The notes below the pieces were generated by a model that ran no database searches, was not told the origin of the DNA, and saw only the letters and a list, made by a program, of their open reading frames with translations. This document shows positions 28,294-41,819 of a DNA stretch of 64,000 nt, piece by piece. The stretch covers positions 312,418,001 through 312,482,000 of the forward strand of contig OZ024743.1 in assembly GCA_964016885.1 (NCBI GenBank). Direction: 5' to 3'. The position numbers and the translations under genes are program-made. Positions within the stretch are counted from its first letter, which is position 1. Each line of letters opens with the position of its first letter. The DNA is from Eledone cirrhosa. Taxonomy: Eukaryota.

Positions 28294-28877
28294 GAAATAT
28301 TTACTTCTGCGTTCACAGATTGATTTTTTTTTTTAGTTTCAGAAGATCCCATTAAGGGTGAAAGCAGCCGATTCTTTGCTTAAACTTTAATCTGTTATTT
28401 TAATAAATATTTGCTCTACGGTTCTTATATATTTGATATATATTTATCCTTATCGAGCCCTCTTTGGATGTTAGTCTTCAAATTTATTATTATTACTATT
28501 TGGTTCCCTTGATTGAGTTCTCTATTGACTTATATTCAGATGTTGTTTCTGCACGATGAATATTTCTACAAAGAACATACCTGTACCAAGCAGGAAGAAA
28601 TACCTAAAACTACGTCTCCACGAACCAAAGTATCGCCTTCCTGTCTTCCTTCGATTGCAACGATTTTCGAAATATTTACTTCTGCGTTCACAGATTGATT
28701 TTTTTTTTTTAGTTTCTAAAGATCCCATTAAGGGTGAAAGCAGCCGATTCTTTGCTTAAACTTTAATCTGTTATTTTAATAAATATTTGCTCTACGGTTC
28801 TTATATAATTGATATATATTTATCCCTATCGAGCCCTCTTTGGATTTTAGTCTTCATATGTATTATTATTACTATTA
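28294..28877 (+). mobile_element. Partial tandem (375-bp period) with decayed HHR-like motif
   Basis: GAAATATTTACTTCTGCG at 28294 and 28669; C(A/T)(G/A)AAGA tCCC-ATTAA-GGGt GAAA in both copies. Confidence 0.6.
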
Positions 28878-28888
28878 CCAATTCACAT

Positions 28889-29077
28889 TGGCGGTGAATT
28901 GGCAGTATGGGTAGAGGGTCGGACGCCATGCTTTCTAGCATAGTTACGTCCCTTTACAGTCTGAGTTCAAATCCCGCCGAGGTTAACTTTGCCTTTCATC
29001 CTTACGGGGTCGATAAAATAAAGTACCAGTAATGTACTGGGTAATTGCTGGCCTTGTGCCTAAAGTAGAAACAATTC
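28889..29077 (+). mobile_element. tRNA-derived SINE (octopus OK-like family)
   Basis: TGGCAGTATGG A box, GAGTTCAAATCC B box, TTTCATCCTTACGGGGTCGATAAA central domain; many copies in window. Confidence 0.9.
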
Positions 29078-29084
29078 TTACTAT

Positions 29085-30676
29085 ATCATCATCATCGTTT
29101 AACGTCCATTTTCCACGCTAGCATGGGTCTGGACGGGAATTGTCCACTTGAGGCAAGATTGGTTGTCTTGCTCAGGACTGTCTGGCGAGTTTTCTACAGC
29201 TGGATGCGCTTCCTAACACCAACCACGTTTACAGTGTGGACTGGGAGGTTTTTACCGTGTTACCTACATGGCCACATTACAGCGTGGACTGTGTGTTTTA
29301 TTGTCGTGACACCTACACGTCTGGCGGGTTTTCTACGGCTGGGTGCCCTTCCCAACACCAACCACGTTTACAGTGTGTACTGGGGGTTTTTACCGTGTTA
29401 CCTACACGGCCACATTACAGCGTGGACCGTGTGTTTTTTTGTCATGACACCTACACGACCTCATTTGTTTCGGACTGGATGTTGTGGTACCAACATAATT
29501 TCACATTTTAGGGGGTGGTGTGGATGGGGTGGGGGTAGTGGGACGGGGGTGTATTTTGTTAGAGGTGCCTACTGACTGAAGGTTTCGCTTTGTACTTAGG
29601 CAAGGCGGGTCTTCTGTATAACTGTGTAGCGCCAAAGATCTCGGTCCAGTGACATTGTCTTGGAGAGGTGTGTGTGAGGTCGGAATTTACCAAGTCGTCC
29701 CAGGTTTTTCTGGGTCTGCCTACTCCGTGGCTACCATCTATTTTTATTGCTCTGCACTTTTTTATACAGCTGTCGTCTTTCATGCGCATCACATGACCGT
29801 ACCAACGTAGTCTTCTCTCGAGTAAACAACATCTGATCTCTCTTATTCCTAATTTCTCCCTTAGTTCGTTTATGCTTTGCCGTTCACGTATATTACTATT
29901 ACACATCCAGCGGAGCATGCAGGCTTCGTTTCTCTCCAGTCTGCGTATATCCTCTGCACACAATTCCCAGGTCTCACTGCCATGTAATATTGCTGTTCGT
30001 ATGCAGGCATCATACAGCCTGCCTTTCATTTTTAGAAAGAACCCTTTTGCGACCAATAGTGGTATAAGCTTTCTGAACTTTTTCCATCCCGTTCTGACTC
30101 TAGCTACTGTACTTTCAGAGCACCCTCCCCTACTGCTGATTTTGTCACCCAGGTAACGGAAGCTGTCCACTATTTCTATAGAACCATCTGTGCAATGGAA
30201 TGAGCTAGTATTCTGTGGGCACTTGCTGCTATTTATTTTACCAGAGCACTGGCCACATATAAAATCTATATTCTTAGTTAGCTTACCTGTGATCCCACTA
30301 CATCTTTTATGCACCCATACTTTGCATTTGGGACATAAAATGGAGTTTCTGCCTACTCCTTTCCTACACACTGAGCATGGCCATTTCCCAGATGGGACCG
30401 GTGCCCTATTTTCCTTCCTACAAACCAGAACTTTAGTCTTAGAAAAGTTAACTTTAAGGCCTTTTGATTCTAGGCCATGCTTCCATGTTTGGAATTTCTT
30501 CTCTAGTTCCGCCATTGATTCAGCTATGAGCGTTAGATTATCTGCATATAGGAGTTCCCATGGGCAGCCGGTCTTGAACTCCTCTGTTATAGCCTGAAGG
30601 GCAATAATAAATAGTAGGGGGCTAAGGACGGAGCCCTGATGAACAACTTTTACGCTAAACTCTTCACTATATTCGT
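29085..30676 (-). mobile_element. 5'-truncated RTE-clade LINE
   Basis: HQGSVLSP/LYADNL RT motifs, PHD-like CSVC..CPKC..VHKRC..CGQC insert, FRYLG, LHGSETW, RLRWYGHV; (TGA)n tail. Confidence 0.92.
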
Positions 30677-30677
30677 T

Positions 30678-30720
<43 letters not shown>

Positions 30721-30832
30721 GTGTGTGTGTGTATATTAGTTTATATATATGAGTATATATTAGTTTATATATATGTGTGTGTATATATTTATATATATGT
30801 GTGTATATATATATACATACATACATACATAT

Positions 30833-31190
30833 TGAGAGCATTGGACTTGCAATCGAAAGGTTGTGAGTTCAATTCTCACACCGGGTGATGTGTTGTTTCC
30901 TTGAGCAAGACACTGTATTTCACATTGCTCCAGTTTACTCAGCTGTAGAAATGAGATGATAGGACTGGGGTCCCTACCATTCCATTGCAAAGTGGTCGTG
31001 GAAGTGCCATGGCAAAAAAGCACCCAGCCCACACTGTAAAGTGGATGTGGAGGTGCCACGGAAAAAAAAGCACTCACTGTAAATGAGGTTGGTGTTAGGA
31101 AGGGCATCCAGCTGTAGAAATCAAGCCAGAATCAGTTCCCGTCCCACCCTTGCAAGCAGGGAAAAAGTGGACGTAAAATGAAATGATGAT
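30833..31190 (+). mobile_element. CORE-type SINE
   Basis: Close match to 18790-19096. Confidence 0.9.
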
Positions 31191-31194
31191 GAAT

Positions 31195-31525
31195 GCTCCC
31201 AGATGTGGTCACCCCATAGTATCAAACTAACCATCGAGCTTGAAGCAATCCAATGAAGCTATGCCAAGAAGGTTGCCACGAAGGAGATAAACTACTGGGA
31301 GAGTCTAAAAGAACTGAAACTCTACTCCTCAGAATGAAGACGGGAGAGATATGCAATGACATACACATGGAAAATCCTGGGGGGACTAAGACCAAACTTT
31401 CGCATTGAGAGCTGGACCAATTTTCGAACAGGACGTCACTGTGTGGTACCAAAGGTCCCGTCTTCCACATCTAGAATCAGGAGCAGCTATTGCAATAGCC
31501 TGGGGTTCAAAAGCCCTCAACTTGG
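31195..31525 (+). mobile_element. CR1-like LINE C-terminal fragment
   Basis: YWESLKELKLYS..RRERYAMTYTWKIL. Confidence 0.65.
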
Positions 31526-31582
31526 TTTTCAAAATTTAAATTTGTGTTTCCTATTCATCAATGCTTCAAGCAAGCTATAAAA

Positions 31583-32088
<506 letters not shown>

Positions 32089-32099
32089 TTCTATTGTTG

Positions 32100-33078
32100 G
32101 CAATGTTAGGTCAGGTGACCATGCCTTGCTCATAAAGAACTGATTTTGGCTTGGTTTCTACAGCTGGATGCCCTTCCTAATGCCAAGCTTATTTACAGTG
32201 AGTACTGGGTGTTTTTTGTTGTGATTCCTCCACGACTACTTTACAGTGTGGACTGGGTGTTTTTTACCGTGTCACCATCATGACCACTTTACAGTGTTTC
32301 GGCCTGTTCTCATGAAAGATATATTGGCGGGTGGGATGGAGTGGTGCATACTGTATGTATGTTTCAGCCTTGGCCTGGGCCCGTGGGAAGTTGGGATTTC
32401 TGTATTACCTCATAACGCCAGAGATCTTGGTCCTGTGTCATTGCCTTTCAGAGGAGCAATTGGGCAAGGTCGGCTTTTATCACTTCATCTCAAGTCTTTC
32501 TGGGACTTTATGTAGCTGTCATCCTTCATACGAATCACATGTCCATACCAACATAATCTCCTCTCCTGCACACAACATTTGATTCCTCTTATGCCTAGTT
32601 TCTCTTTCAGTTTGTTTATGCTTTGCTGTTCACATATATTACTATTACACATCCTTCGGAGCATACAAGCTTCATTCCTTTCTAATCTACGCAAGTCTTC
32701 TACACACAGCGCCCAGCTCTCACTACCATGCAACATTGCCGTTCATATGCACACATCATACAGTCTACCTTTTATTCTGAGGGAAAAGCCTTTTGTATCC
32801 AGCTGTGGCAGTAGCTCCCTCAACTTCTTCCATCCCGTTATTTCAGAACACCCCCTCCGCTGCTAATTCGGTATTGTTTTTACCAAGTCCTCCCAGACTT
32901 TGATGTCACTTGTTTTCAGTGATTGTTTGCTGCTTACTGTGCTGGTGCAACTGCTACATGTAAAGTCTACATTCTTAACTAAACTTCCTGAGATCCCACT
33001 ACATCTCTTGTGTACCCATAGTTTGCATATGGGGCAGAGGATGGAGTTTCTACCTACACCTCTCCTACATAATGAGCA
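32100..33078 (-). mobile_element. Decayed RTE LINE fragment
   Basis: LHGSESW, RRLERNEACML, WVHKRC; same family as 29085-30676. Confidence 0.88.
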
Positions 33079-33121
33079 CACACACACACATATATACATA
33101 CACACACTCACATATATATAT

Positions 33122-34005
33122 ACTAGCCGAATTACCAGCGCCTTGCTGCGTTTCACACATTATTTTTGTAAGAAAATAATGATTGATTTTAAATCAGTGA
33201 TATAATTTATGGAGAAAAACTCAATATTACTCAATGTAAAATAATAATGCATGAAAAATTGGAAAACATCATTTTTTGTAATATATCAAATCAAAATTGC
33301 ATTATTAAATCTTATTCTTATTTTGTTTCTTGTAAATAATTTTTTTCAAAATATCAATTGAAAACTTTTGTGAATAGGCCTCATATCTTGTCATTTACCT
33401 ATGGTTTAAGTTTCATATAAATCGAACCGAAAAAATTTTCAGCGGGGATTTTGTGCCACCTGGTGAACCCTAATAGGGGGTTTAACCCCCATTAGGGTAT
33501 TAATTTTATTGAAATTTGCTGAAATGATGTGAATAGGCATCATATCTTGTCGTTTACCTATGGTTTAAATTGCATATAAATCGAATGGAAAACATTTTCA
33601 GCAGGGGTTTGTGCCACCAGTGAACCCTAATAGGGGGTTTAACCTCCATTAGGGTATTTTAATTTTATTGAAATTTGCTGAAATTTTGTGAATAGGCATC
33701 ATATCTTGTCATTTACCTATGGTTTAAATTTCATATAAATCGAAGGTAAAGTTTCAGTGGCGGTTTTGTGCCCCCGATGAACCCTTTGATTAAAATGAAA
33801 TATTCTTATACAAGTACCCTGGGCAATGTAGTTTCAGAATATATATGGTTATGGGGGTCTATCTCCAAAACCATAGGAGGAGTTCGTAAAATCTTGTTCC
33901 ATTTATTGGCCAAACTTTTCACTATAACCCCCATTAGGGTGTCTTAATATTATTGAAATTTGCACACGCACACGCACACGCGCACACACACACACACATT
34001 TATGT
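33122..34005 (-). mobile_element. Non-autonomous Helitron-like element with internal 159-bp tandem repeats
   Basis: Minus strand ends CAGC..GCTG hairpin + GTAATTCGG + CTAG|T at 33122; GTGAATAGG at 33370, 33529 and 33688; (CA)n near the other end. Confidence 0.6.
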
Positions 34006-34129
34006 CTTTTAGCAGAGCATGTTAATATTGCCACTCAATGAAAACCCTTTGTTTGTTTGGAATAAATGAATCTTGAAAATTAGGAGTGCCTGTCAGTGTG
34101 TATGTGTTTATCTACTTAGCATCAATTTA

Positions 34130-35439
34130 CTACCCTGGTGGTGTTGATGGTTGAGTCACTGGGGTGGGTAGGAGAGGTGGCCTCAACCTTTTAGCCTGAG
34201 GGCAGAAAGCCCTTAGGTGGGTTCCTTCACCACAAATGACACACCTAGGCCTTCTGCCCTCGACAATTACGGTGAGGTGGCTGCCGTCAGTGAGGTCTAT
34301 TACCTCTGGGATTTCCTCAATGCTTTTTTGGTCCGCTTGAATCAGGAGCTCCATCCCAGATCCGGACCAGTTCTCCTGCTTTTCTTTCGCTATTTCGATT
34401 ATCTTGGTGTTGGTTTTGATGCCGGCGAGGACGGCAGCTATTAGCCAGGGAATTTCGATGGCCGGTGGAACGTGGGTGACTCTGATCTTTACGAGTCTCT
34501 GGCCACAATAGCTTGGGACGAGTGTTCTTAATGGGGCCATGGAGTGTTCTCTAGCCTCCTGTGGTGTTTCAAAGAACACGTCCACAGTTACATATTTCTG
34601 CCCACGTCTGATGTGGGTTTTTTTTGCCCACACATGTCCCAAAGCTTTTTGGATTTGGGTCTCGGATGCCCGTTTCACTCGACGCAATTTTATATTAATT
34701 GTTCGATAAGACACGGTGCATAGGCGCCGATGCTCCATTTTATTATGGGGGGGGGGGAGACTGACCCTGTACCCATCTTTCTTTACCATTTTTTGGGGCT
34801 TCTTCTAATTCCTCCTGAGTTACCTGAAATGCTTCGCACTGTTTTACTACTCTGGCAAAACTCAGGGTGGTTTTCTTAATTTCATTGTTGCTGTTGTTGT
34901 AATCGTTATTTTTGTTATTATTAATTTTAGTTTCAGTTGTGGTGGTGGTGGCGTCAGTGGTGTTCGGTGTGGAAGAGTTCATTTTAGTTGAATTCATTTC
35001 GATATCACGAGTTAATTTATTTTTTTCTTTTGTTTCTGTTGTCGCGGTGGTGGTGGTGGCGGCTTTAACACCTGCAGTCATTGGTAATGGCGGGAAATGA
35101 ATATCTGCCTGAGACAAATTTAAAATATTGCTACTGCTTATATTTTTAGTGTTGGCAAACGTAGTAATATTTACAATGGTGGTGTCGGTGTTAGTTTGTG
35201 AGGAAGGAGTGACTCTGAGTCATCCATGATTTTTCAAAGAAAAATGTTTGTTTGATAATTATAAAAGTTTAAATTTTGGGCTCAAGGCCCCAATCTTTTT
35301 GGGTGTCCTTTTCAGATAACAATGTATGTGCACTTATATACAGTTAAAAAAAAAAATTCCATGAATGCCAATTTTAAACAACTGAAAATAACAAACCTTT
35401 GCGGAGCTCACGATGATACGATTTACTACGTAGGTCGCC
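34130..35439 (-). mobile_element. Tx1/L1-like LINE 5' end and ORF1 remnant
   Basis: Zinc knuckle CVICGEGTHLRAFC (CX2CX4HX4C), SFARVV motif; homologous to 43130-43450. Confidence 0.75.
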
Positions 35440-35584
35440 AATAATAATAATAATAATAATAAAAATAATTATGTTGTTATATCTCTAAACTCTCTCAAAA
35501 TGTTTAGTTTAAACGATGTCAAATCTAAACTATAATATAATAATAATAAGTGCTTCTGCTTTTGGCACGGGGCCAGCAATTGTC

Positions 35585-38500
35585 CCGGTGTGTTGCAGGT
35601 GCTTTGTGGTGTCGGCCACGGAGGGATGACAGGGAAAAAAATTGTAGAAAAAATTATAGTCGAAAAATTATAGAACAGAACACAGATAGAAGCAAACGCA
35701 ACAACGGACACGGGTTTCAAAAGTTTTGAACACAACAACCCCTACTTCCCTTAGCAGCAGCAGCAGCAGCAGCAGCAACAACACTAGTAACCGATGTTAC
35801 TGGCCTTGTAAAACGCAAAGGAGAAAAGCAAACAAAAAAGGGAAAAAAACAGGAAAGCAGAACTAAGTCAGATATTCAAACAATGAAACTTGTGTTTGTT
35901 TTTGTTTTTTTTAGGTTTTTATCTATTTGTTTGTTTGTTTGTTTATTTATGTTCGTCTACAGCGTGATGGTGCCACGCTAAAATCACCGGGGGTGATGAA
36001 ATCACCGGTAGTTATGTAACCATACATTCACCAATCCTCGATATGAGTGTTTAAATGTCGAACCTAAACAGTTCGAATAACGGTGAAGTGGAGACTGGAA
36101 GTCATATGACATACTCTCATCCAGCAGGTGCTCCCTGGCCCAGCAGCAGGGATCTGGCTGTCATCCAAATACTGCTGGTGTTGGAGGAAGAAGGAAAGGG
36201 ACCAGAACCAACTGGACGAAAGAATTGAATAGAGCTGTTATGCAATGTTACCTGAAGAGTAACCCCAAGGAAAAAGGCTATAGGAAACGGATGCATAACA
36301 TCTATAACGAGATTGGTCTATTTAAATTAGATGAACAAAAATTGGCCGGGCAGGCTCGGGTAATAAGAACTAATGGGTGGATAAGCAAGCTGGAACTGGA
36401 GGAACTGAGCAGAGAGATTAGGTTGGAAATGGAGAGTGGAGTATGCCAGGCAAACGAGCCAGTGGGAAATGAGGGTGAAGAGGTTGAGAGAACGGAGAAA
36501 CCATCCGAAGCAGACAATGATCTGAATGCTGAAATAAATAATTGTTTCTACTTTAGGCACAAGGCCAGCAAATTACCCAGTGCATTACTGGTACTTTATT
36601 TTATCGACCCCGTAAGGATGAAAGGCAAAGTCAACCTCGGCGGGATTTGAACTCAGATCATAAAGGGACGTAACTATGCTGGAAAGCATGGCGTCCGACC
36701 CTCTACTGATACTACCAATCCACCCTGAAATAAATAATACCTGGAACAAAGATACGGCCATTGAGTAAATGAATGCTGACGGGCTAGGACAAGATTTGGT
36801 TGATATCATAAACTTAGTGGTAGACGAAATGAACCTAAGATTTGTAGACAGGAAAAAGTTAAAAGAAACAACAGCTAAGATAAACAAAATCATCCCATAC
36901 CTTGAGGCGATGAGCCTTCACCAGCGCAACAATATCCTCAAAGCAACAGCAAATGCGGTGAGGAAATTACTTGGCATAAAAGCGAGAAGAAACAACAAAC
37001 AAGAAAGATCAGAACCTTGGTGGAAGAAACGACTGAATGGTCAAATCAGGGAAATGAGAAATGACATTGGAAAGCTTGAGTCCCTACTGAATTGGACACT
37101 AAAAATAGACTGGAAATAAAGTACAAAACTAGGAGGAAAAAGCTAAATATTATCATAGAAGAACTGAAGCAACGCATTGTAGCAAAGTGTGCAAAAATTA
37201 GGCGATACGAGAGCAGAATCAGTCAGTATAGACAGAACCGCATGTTTGACAACAACCAGAAGATGTTGTTTGGACAGCTTGAAGGGAAAGAAAGAGGCAA
37301 CGGCTTGATCCCTGAGGCGGAACAAACTAAGACATTCTGGAGAGGAATATGGGAGCAGGATGTTAAACATAATGACCAGGCAGTGTGGATTGAGACAGTA
37401 CAAAAGGAGATTAGTGAACAGGCACACCAACAAACTGATTTGAATATCACAGTTGAAACTCTTAAGGGGCAGGCTAAAAAAACTAACCAACTGGAAATCA
37501 CCAGGCCCAGATGGTGTACAGGGGTATTGGATTAAAAATATAACATCCCTCCACCCGAAACTGACAACCATGTTCAATGACTGATTGATGTCAGGTGAGG
37601 TACCAGAGTGGTTGACAAAAGGTACCACAGTTCTGGTAATGAAAGATCGAATCAAGGGTAGTGATGTTACCAACTATAGACTTATCACATGTCTGTGCGT
37701 AATGTGGAAACTGTTGACAAGCATTGTGTCTGAGGAAAAAGGCATTTGACATGGTGCCTCATTCTGGGATCACCAAAAGCCTAGAGATCTTCAAGGTGGC
37801 AGATAACATCAGACAGTTGTTGGGCAAAAGTATGAAGTCCTGGAAAACAGAGTTAACATCGGCTGGAGAATCCTTGGGAGGTGTGAAGATCAAGAGAGGT
37901 ATCTTCCGGGGAGATAGTCTGTCCCCTCTGTTGTTTGTCCTTGCCCTGATGCCCCTGACCATTATACTGCGAAAAGTGAGAGCAGGATACAAGTTGGGAA
38001 AGGGAGAGCTTACCATCAATCACCTCCTCTTCATGGACGATCTTAAGCTCTTCGGGAAGAGTGAGAAGGAGTTGGATGTGCTTGTTGACACTCTCCGTAT
38101 TTTCAGCAATGATATATGTATGCAATTTGGTATTAGTAAGTGTGGAGTCCTTGTGATGAAGAGGGTAAATTGAGCAGAAGCAACGGAATCCAGGTACCAA
38201 CAGGTGAGGTGATAAAGGAAATTGACACTGAAGAAGGATACAAATATTTAGGTGTTCTGGAGGCTGATGACATCAAGAACAAAAAATGAAGGAATTGATA
38301 AGATCTGAATACATTCGGAGAGTAAGGAGCGTATTAAAATCGGATCTGAACAGTAGGAATGCCACAAGTGCAGTAAATTCCCGAGCTGTGTCTATTATTA
38401 GGTACAGTGCGGGAATTCTGAGATGGAATGTTGCTGAACAAAAAGAAATGGATAGGAAGACTAGGAAGCTATTGCCTATCTACAACATGTTCCACAAGAG

Positions 38501-39575
38501 GAGTGATGTCGATAGACTCTACTTAAGGAGATCTGAAGGTGAAAGAGATCTTATCAGCATAGAGGACTGTGTTCAGATGGAGAAAAACAACCTACACAAA
38601 TACGTGACTGGTAGTAGGGAGCCAATGCTCAGAATTGTACCGAAGGAGAGGACAATAGACCAGGGATGTCCAAGGAGGAAATAAGAACAAGGAGAAAGAG
38701 CAACCTTCATGAAAAATCCCTTCATAGTACCTTCTTTGAGAAAACTGAATTCAGAGATCCACAGACATGGAACTGGTTGAAAAGAAGAGACCTTAAAAAG
38801 GCTACAGAAGGAATGCTAATGGCTGCGCAAGAGCAGGCTCTCAAAACGAAGTGGCTGAAACTCCATATTTACAAGGAGGAGGCTAGCCCACTGTGTAGGA
38901 TATGTGGAGAGAGAGAGGAGACTGTGGCTCACATTGTATCCGAGTGTAAACACCTAGCTCATACTCACTATAAAGGCTGGAGACATGATGTGATGAGCAG
39001 GGTGATCCACTGGCACCTATGCAAAGTAAACAATTTACCACATTCTGAGAAGTGGTATGATCATAAACCAGAGTCGGTGATAGAAAACGATCAGGTGAAG
39101 GTGCTGTGGGATTTTAGGATACAGACGGACAAGAAACTGGAACACAATAGACCTGACCTGGTGGTTTTGGACAAAGAAAAAAGATCGTGCCTGATTGTGG
39201 ATGTTGCCTGCCCATTCGACACGAGAGTGCAAGAGAAGGAGAGGGAGAAAATTAACCGATACCAGGACTTAAAGTGGGAGGTAAAAAGGATTTGGAACTG
39301 CCATGAAGTCAGAGTCGTCCCGATTGTCATAGGCGCACTAGGTACTATCTCAAAGAGTTTCCAAGGATGGTTAAAGAAAATTGGCCCCGCCCCGCTTTTT
39401 GGAACACTTTAAAAAGCATGCTTGATGGGAACAGCAAGAACCTTCCGATACGTCCTGAATATCCGAGGCTGCAGGTAGTGGCTTGATATTCATTTCAACA
39501 AACTTTCCAGTTAACTAACATCAATGAGTGAGACTCAAAGAACAATAAAAATAATAATAATAATAATAATAATAA
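35585..39575 (+). mobile_element. R4/Dong-clade non-LTR retrotransposon, frameshifted (5' boundary uncertain)
   Basis: RT KAFDMVPH, GIFRGDSLSP, LFMDDLKL; CRICGEREETVAHIVSEC; RLE RHD..RPDLVV..DVACP..KINRY; ends in (TAA)n; internal RT deletion near 37730. Confidence 0.92.
36543..36724 (-). mobile_element. OK-like SINE inserted in the R4 element
   Basis: 14-bp TSD CTGAAATAAATAAT at 36529-36542 and 36725-36738. Confidence 0.93.
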
Positions 39576-39612
39576 GGTAAAAGGGTGCCAAATGTGTGTG
39601 CTTTTGTGTGTG

Positions 39613-39655
<43 letters not shown>

Positions 39656-40422
39656 AGCCTTATGGGATGAGGGTGTGTAAAATAGGGCTTTATACAAAAA
39701 AAAAGGTAGATTATATATCAAATCCTTCCGAGGTCAACTTTGCTTTTCATCCTTCCGAGGATTGATATAATCGACGTTCTCCCTCATCGCAGATTTTTGG
39801 CCTTATGCCTAAATTAGAACAGGCTTCCCTTCCCAGCTCTAGCCATCGTGGCTGGACAGAGGTAACGGCAAAAGGACAGATGGTATGACAATATTCTTGT
39901 TCTGCAGGTGTAGACCCTTCATCTGGGATTCCACATGCTGTAACGTCTTCTCTAGCGGCAACCTGGTGCGATCGGCTACCAGACCAGGGTTTGCTTTTCA
40001 CCAGGCCGAAGAGAGTAAACTGTCAAAGTATCAGCCGCTCTCTGATAGGTTTCTAGTCAAGTCTGGTAACCTCTTTCGCTACATTTACAATACATTCTAT
40101 CTCTACAACCAAAATAAATCTACTTCGCTACACACCTACATATATATATAAACACACATGTACTGACATACATAAATGTACATAGAAAACACAAAATGGT
40201 AACAAGAACACGTCTTGGACATGGGCTGTCGATGTTTCAATTGACACACATACATAGATACATACATATATATATCCGAGACCCCCAGTGGACAACTGAT
40301 GAGGACCCCCCCCTGTTCTTGCTTTCTTCTTATTCTTACTCCATTTTAAGCTACCTTAACTACCAACTACACAGCCAATCCTATTCTCCATATATTTTAT
40401 AATACATATATATATGCATATA

Positions 40423-40580
<158 letters not shown>

Positions 40581-41174
40581 CATATATATATACATATTTA
40601 TATATATATACGCTCTCACACACATTCACTTCTTTTCAACCACACATACACCCACACTTCACCCCACACCTCCTCCGGATTCGACACATTCTCATCACAT
40701 CCGACCCACTCCATCCACATGCACACATACACATACCCATACAGGAACATATACGCGCACAGACATATACACCACTTTAATAGACACACAATGTCTTTTC
40801 AGAACCTACATTCACATACACTCGCTTCCTTTCAGACTCTCATACTTACATCCACACACACACACACATACTTACATCCATACATACACACACATACTTA
40901 CATCTACACATATATACACACCTACCTTCCGCCACCCCACCCGGACTCTGATTTTCTTGCTTCTCCCCCACTCTTTCTCTCTCCCCTCTCCAACTCAACC
41001 CACCCCTATACACACTACCACACCCTTGCCATCCCGGACCTATACACCCTTCCTTTATTTTCACTTCTTTTTTTTGTTTACATTTATTTTTATTTTTCCC
41101 TTCTTTTTGTGATCTTTACTTGCTAACTTCCCTCCTTACAATCCTCCTTACTCCCTCTCGGAGTTCCTCTCAAC

Positions 41175-41210
41175 TTTCCTGATGAAGGACTTAAGTCCGA
41201 AACGTCGAAA
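41175..41210 (+). ncRNA. Minimal type I hammerhead ribozyme
   Basis: TTTC CTGATGA a GGAC-TTAA-GTCC GAAA CG TC GAAA; GUC site at 41206. Confidence 0.88.
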
Positions 41211-41286
41211 CCTCCACTCTCACCAACCGTGAACCTAATACAACTGTATACAATTGATTCCTGCGTTTTGTTTGTTCTTTCCAACT

Positions 41287-41347
<61 letters not shown>

Positions 41348-41379
41348 TAAAATGTGGAGAAGGAGCACATATACATACA

Positions 41380-41765
41380 TGGTGGCTGCCAACTCGTTTT
41401 CGAGTACGGCCACTACTTTATATCCATGTTGGAGAACCCCTACCGATGCGCTGAACGAGTGTGACTTTTTAGTCCAGCCAGCGACTTGAAAACTCTGGTA
41501 CAAACACTACACTTGTGACAATTATTGACACATAGTGCTGGGCCCATGGTACCATGTGACGACAAGTGAAGAGAGATCTCCAGATATAAAGCAAGGTTTC
41601 TTGGTGAGGAGGGTCACTTTGGACATCCTGCAGGACTAAAAACAAAACCTGTCAAAGGGCAAAGGAGCTCTTAAGAGTCAATGGCCATCCAAAATCATCG
41701 GGAGAGATGACCCCTTAACCTTTGTCAAGGCCGAATTCTAGGAGAAGGAAAACTCTGATATAACA
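41380..41765 (-). mobile_element. RTE-derived non-autonomous element with twin-priming-type inversion
   Basis: 41380-41594 is the reverse complement of ~9622-9833; 41595-41765 carries the upstream modules in the opposite orientation. Confidence 0.7.
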
Positions 41766-41819
41766 TACATACATACATATATACAAATATATGTGTTTGT
41801 GTGTGTATATACAAACAAG

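Noticed and set aside
39820-40080. GC-richer segment as a ribozyme
   Set aside because: Could not fit HHR, HDV or twister consensus by eye
40290-40325. CTGATGAG hammerhead core
   Set aside because: No downstream GAAA or stem III on the same strand
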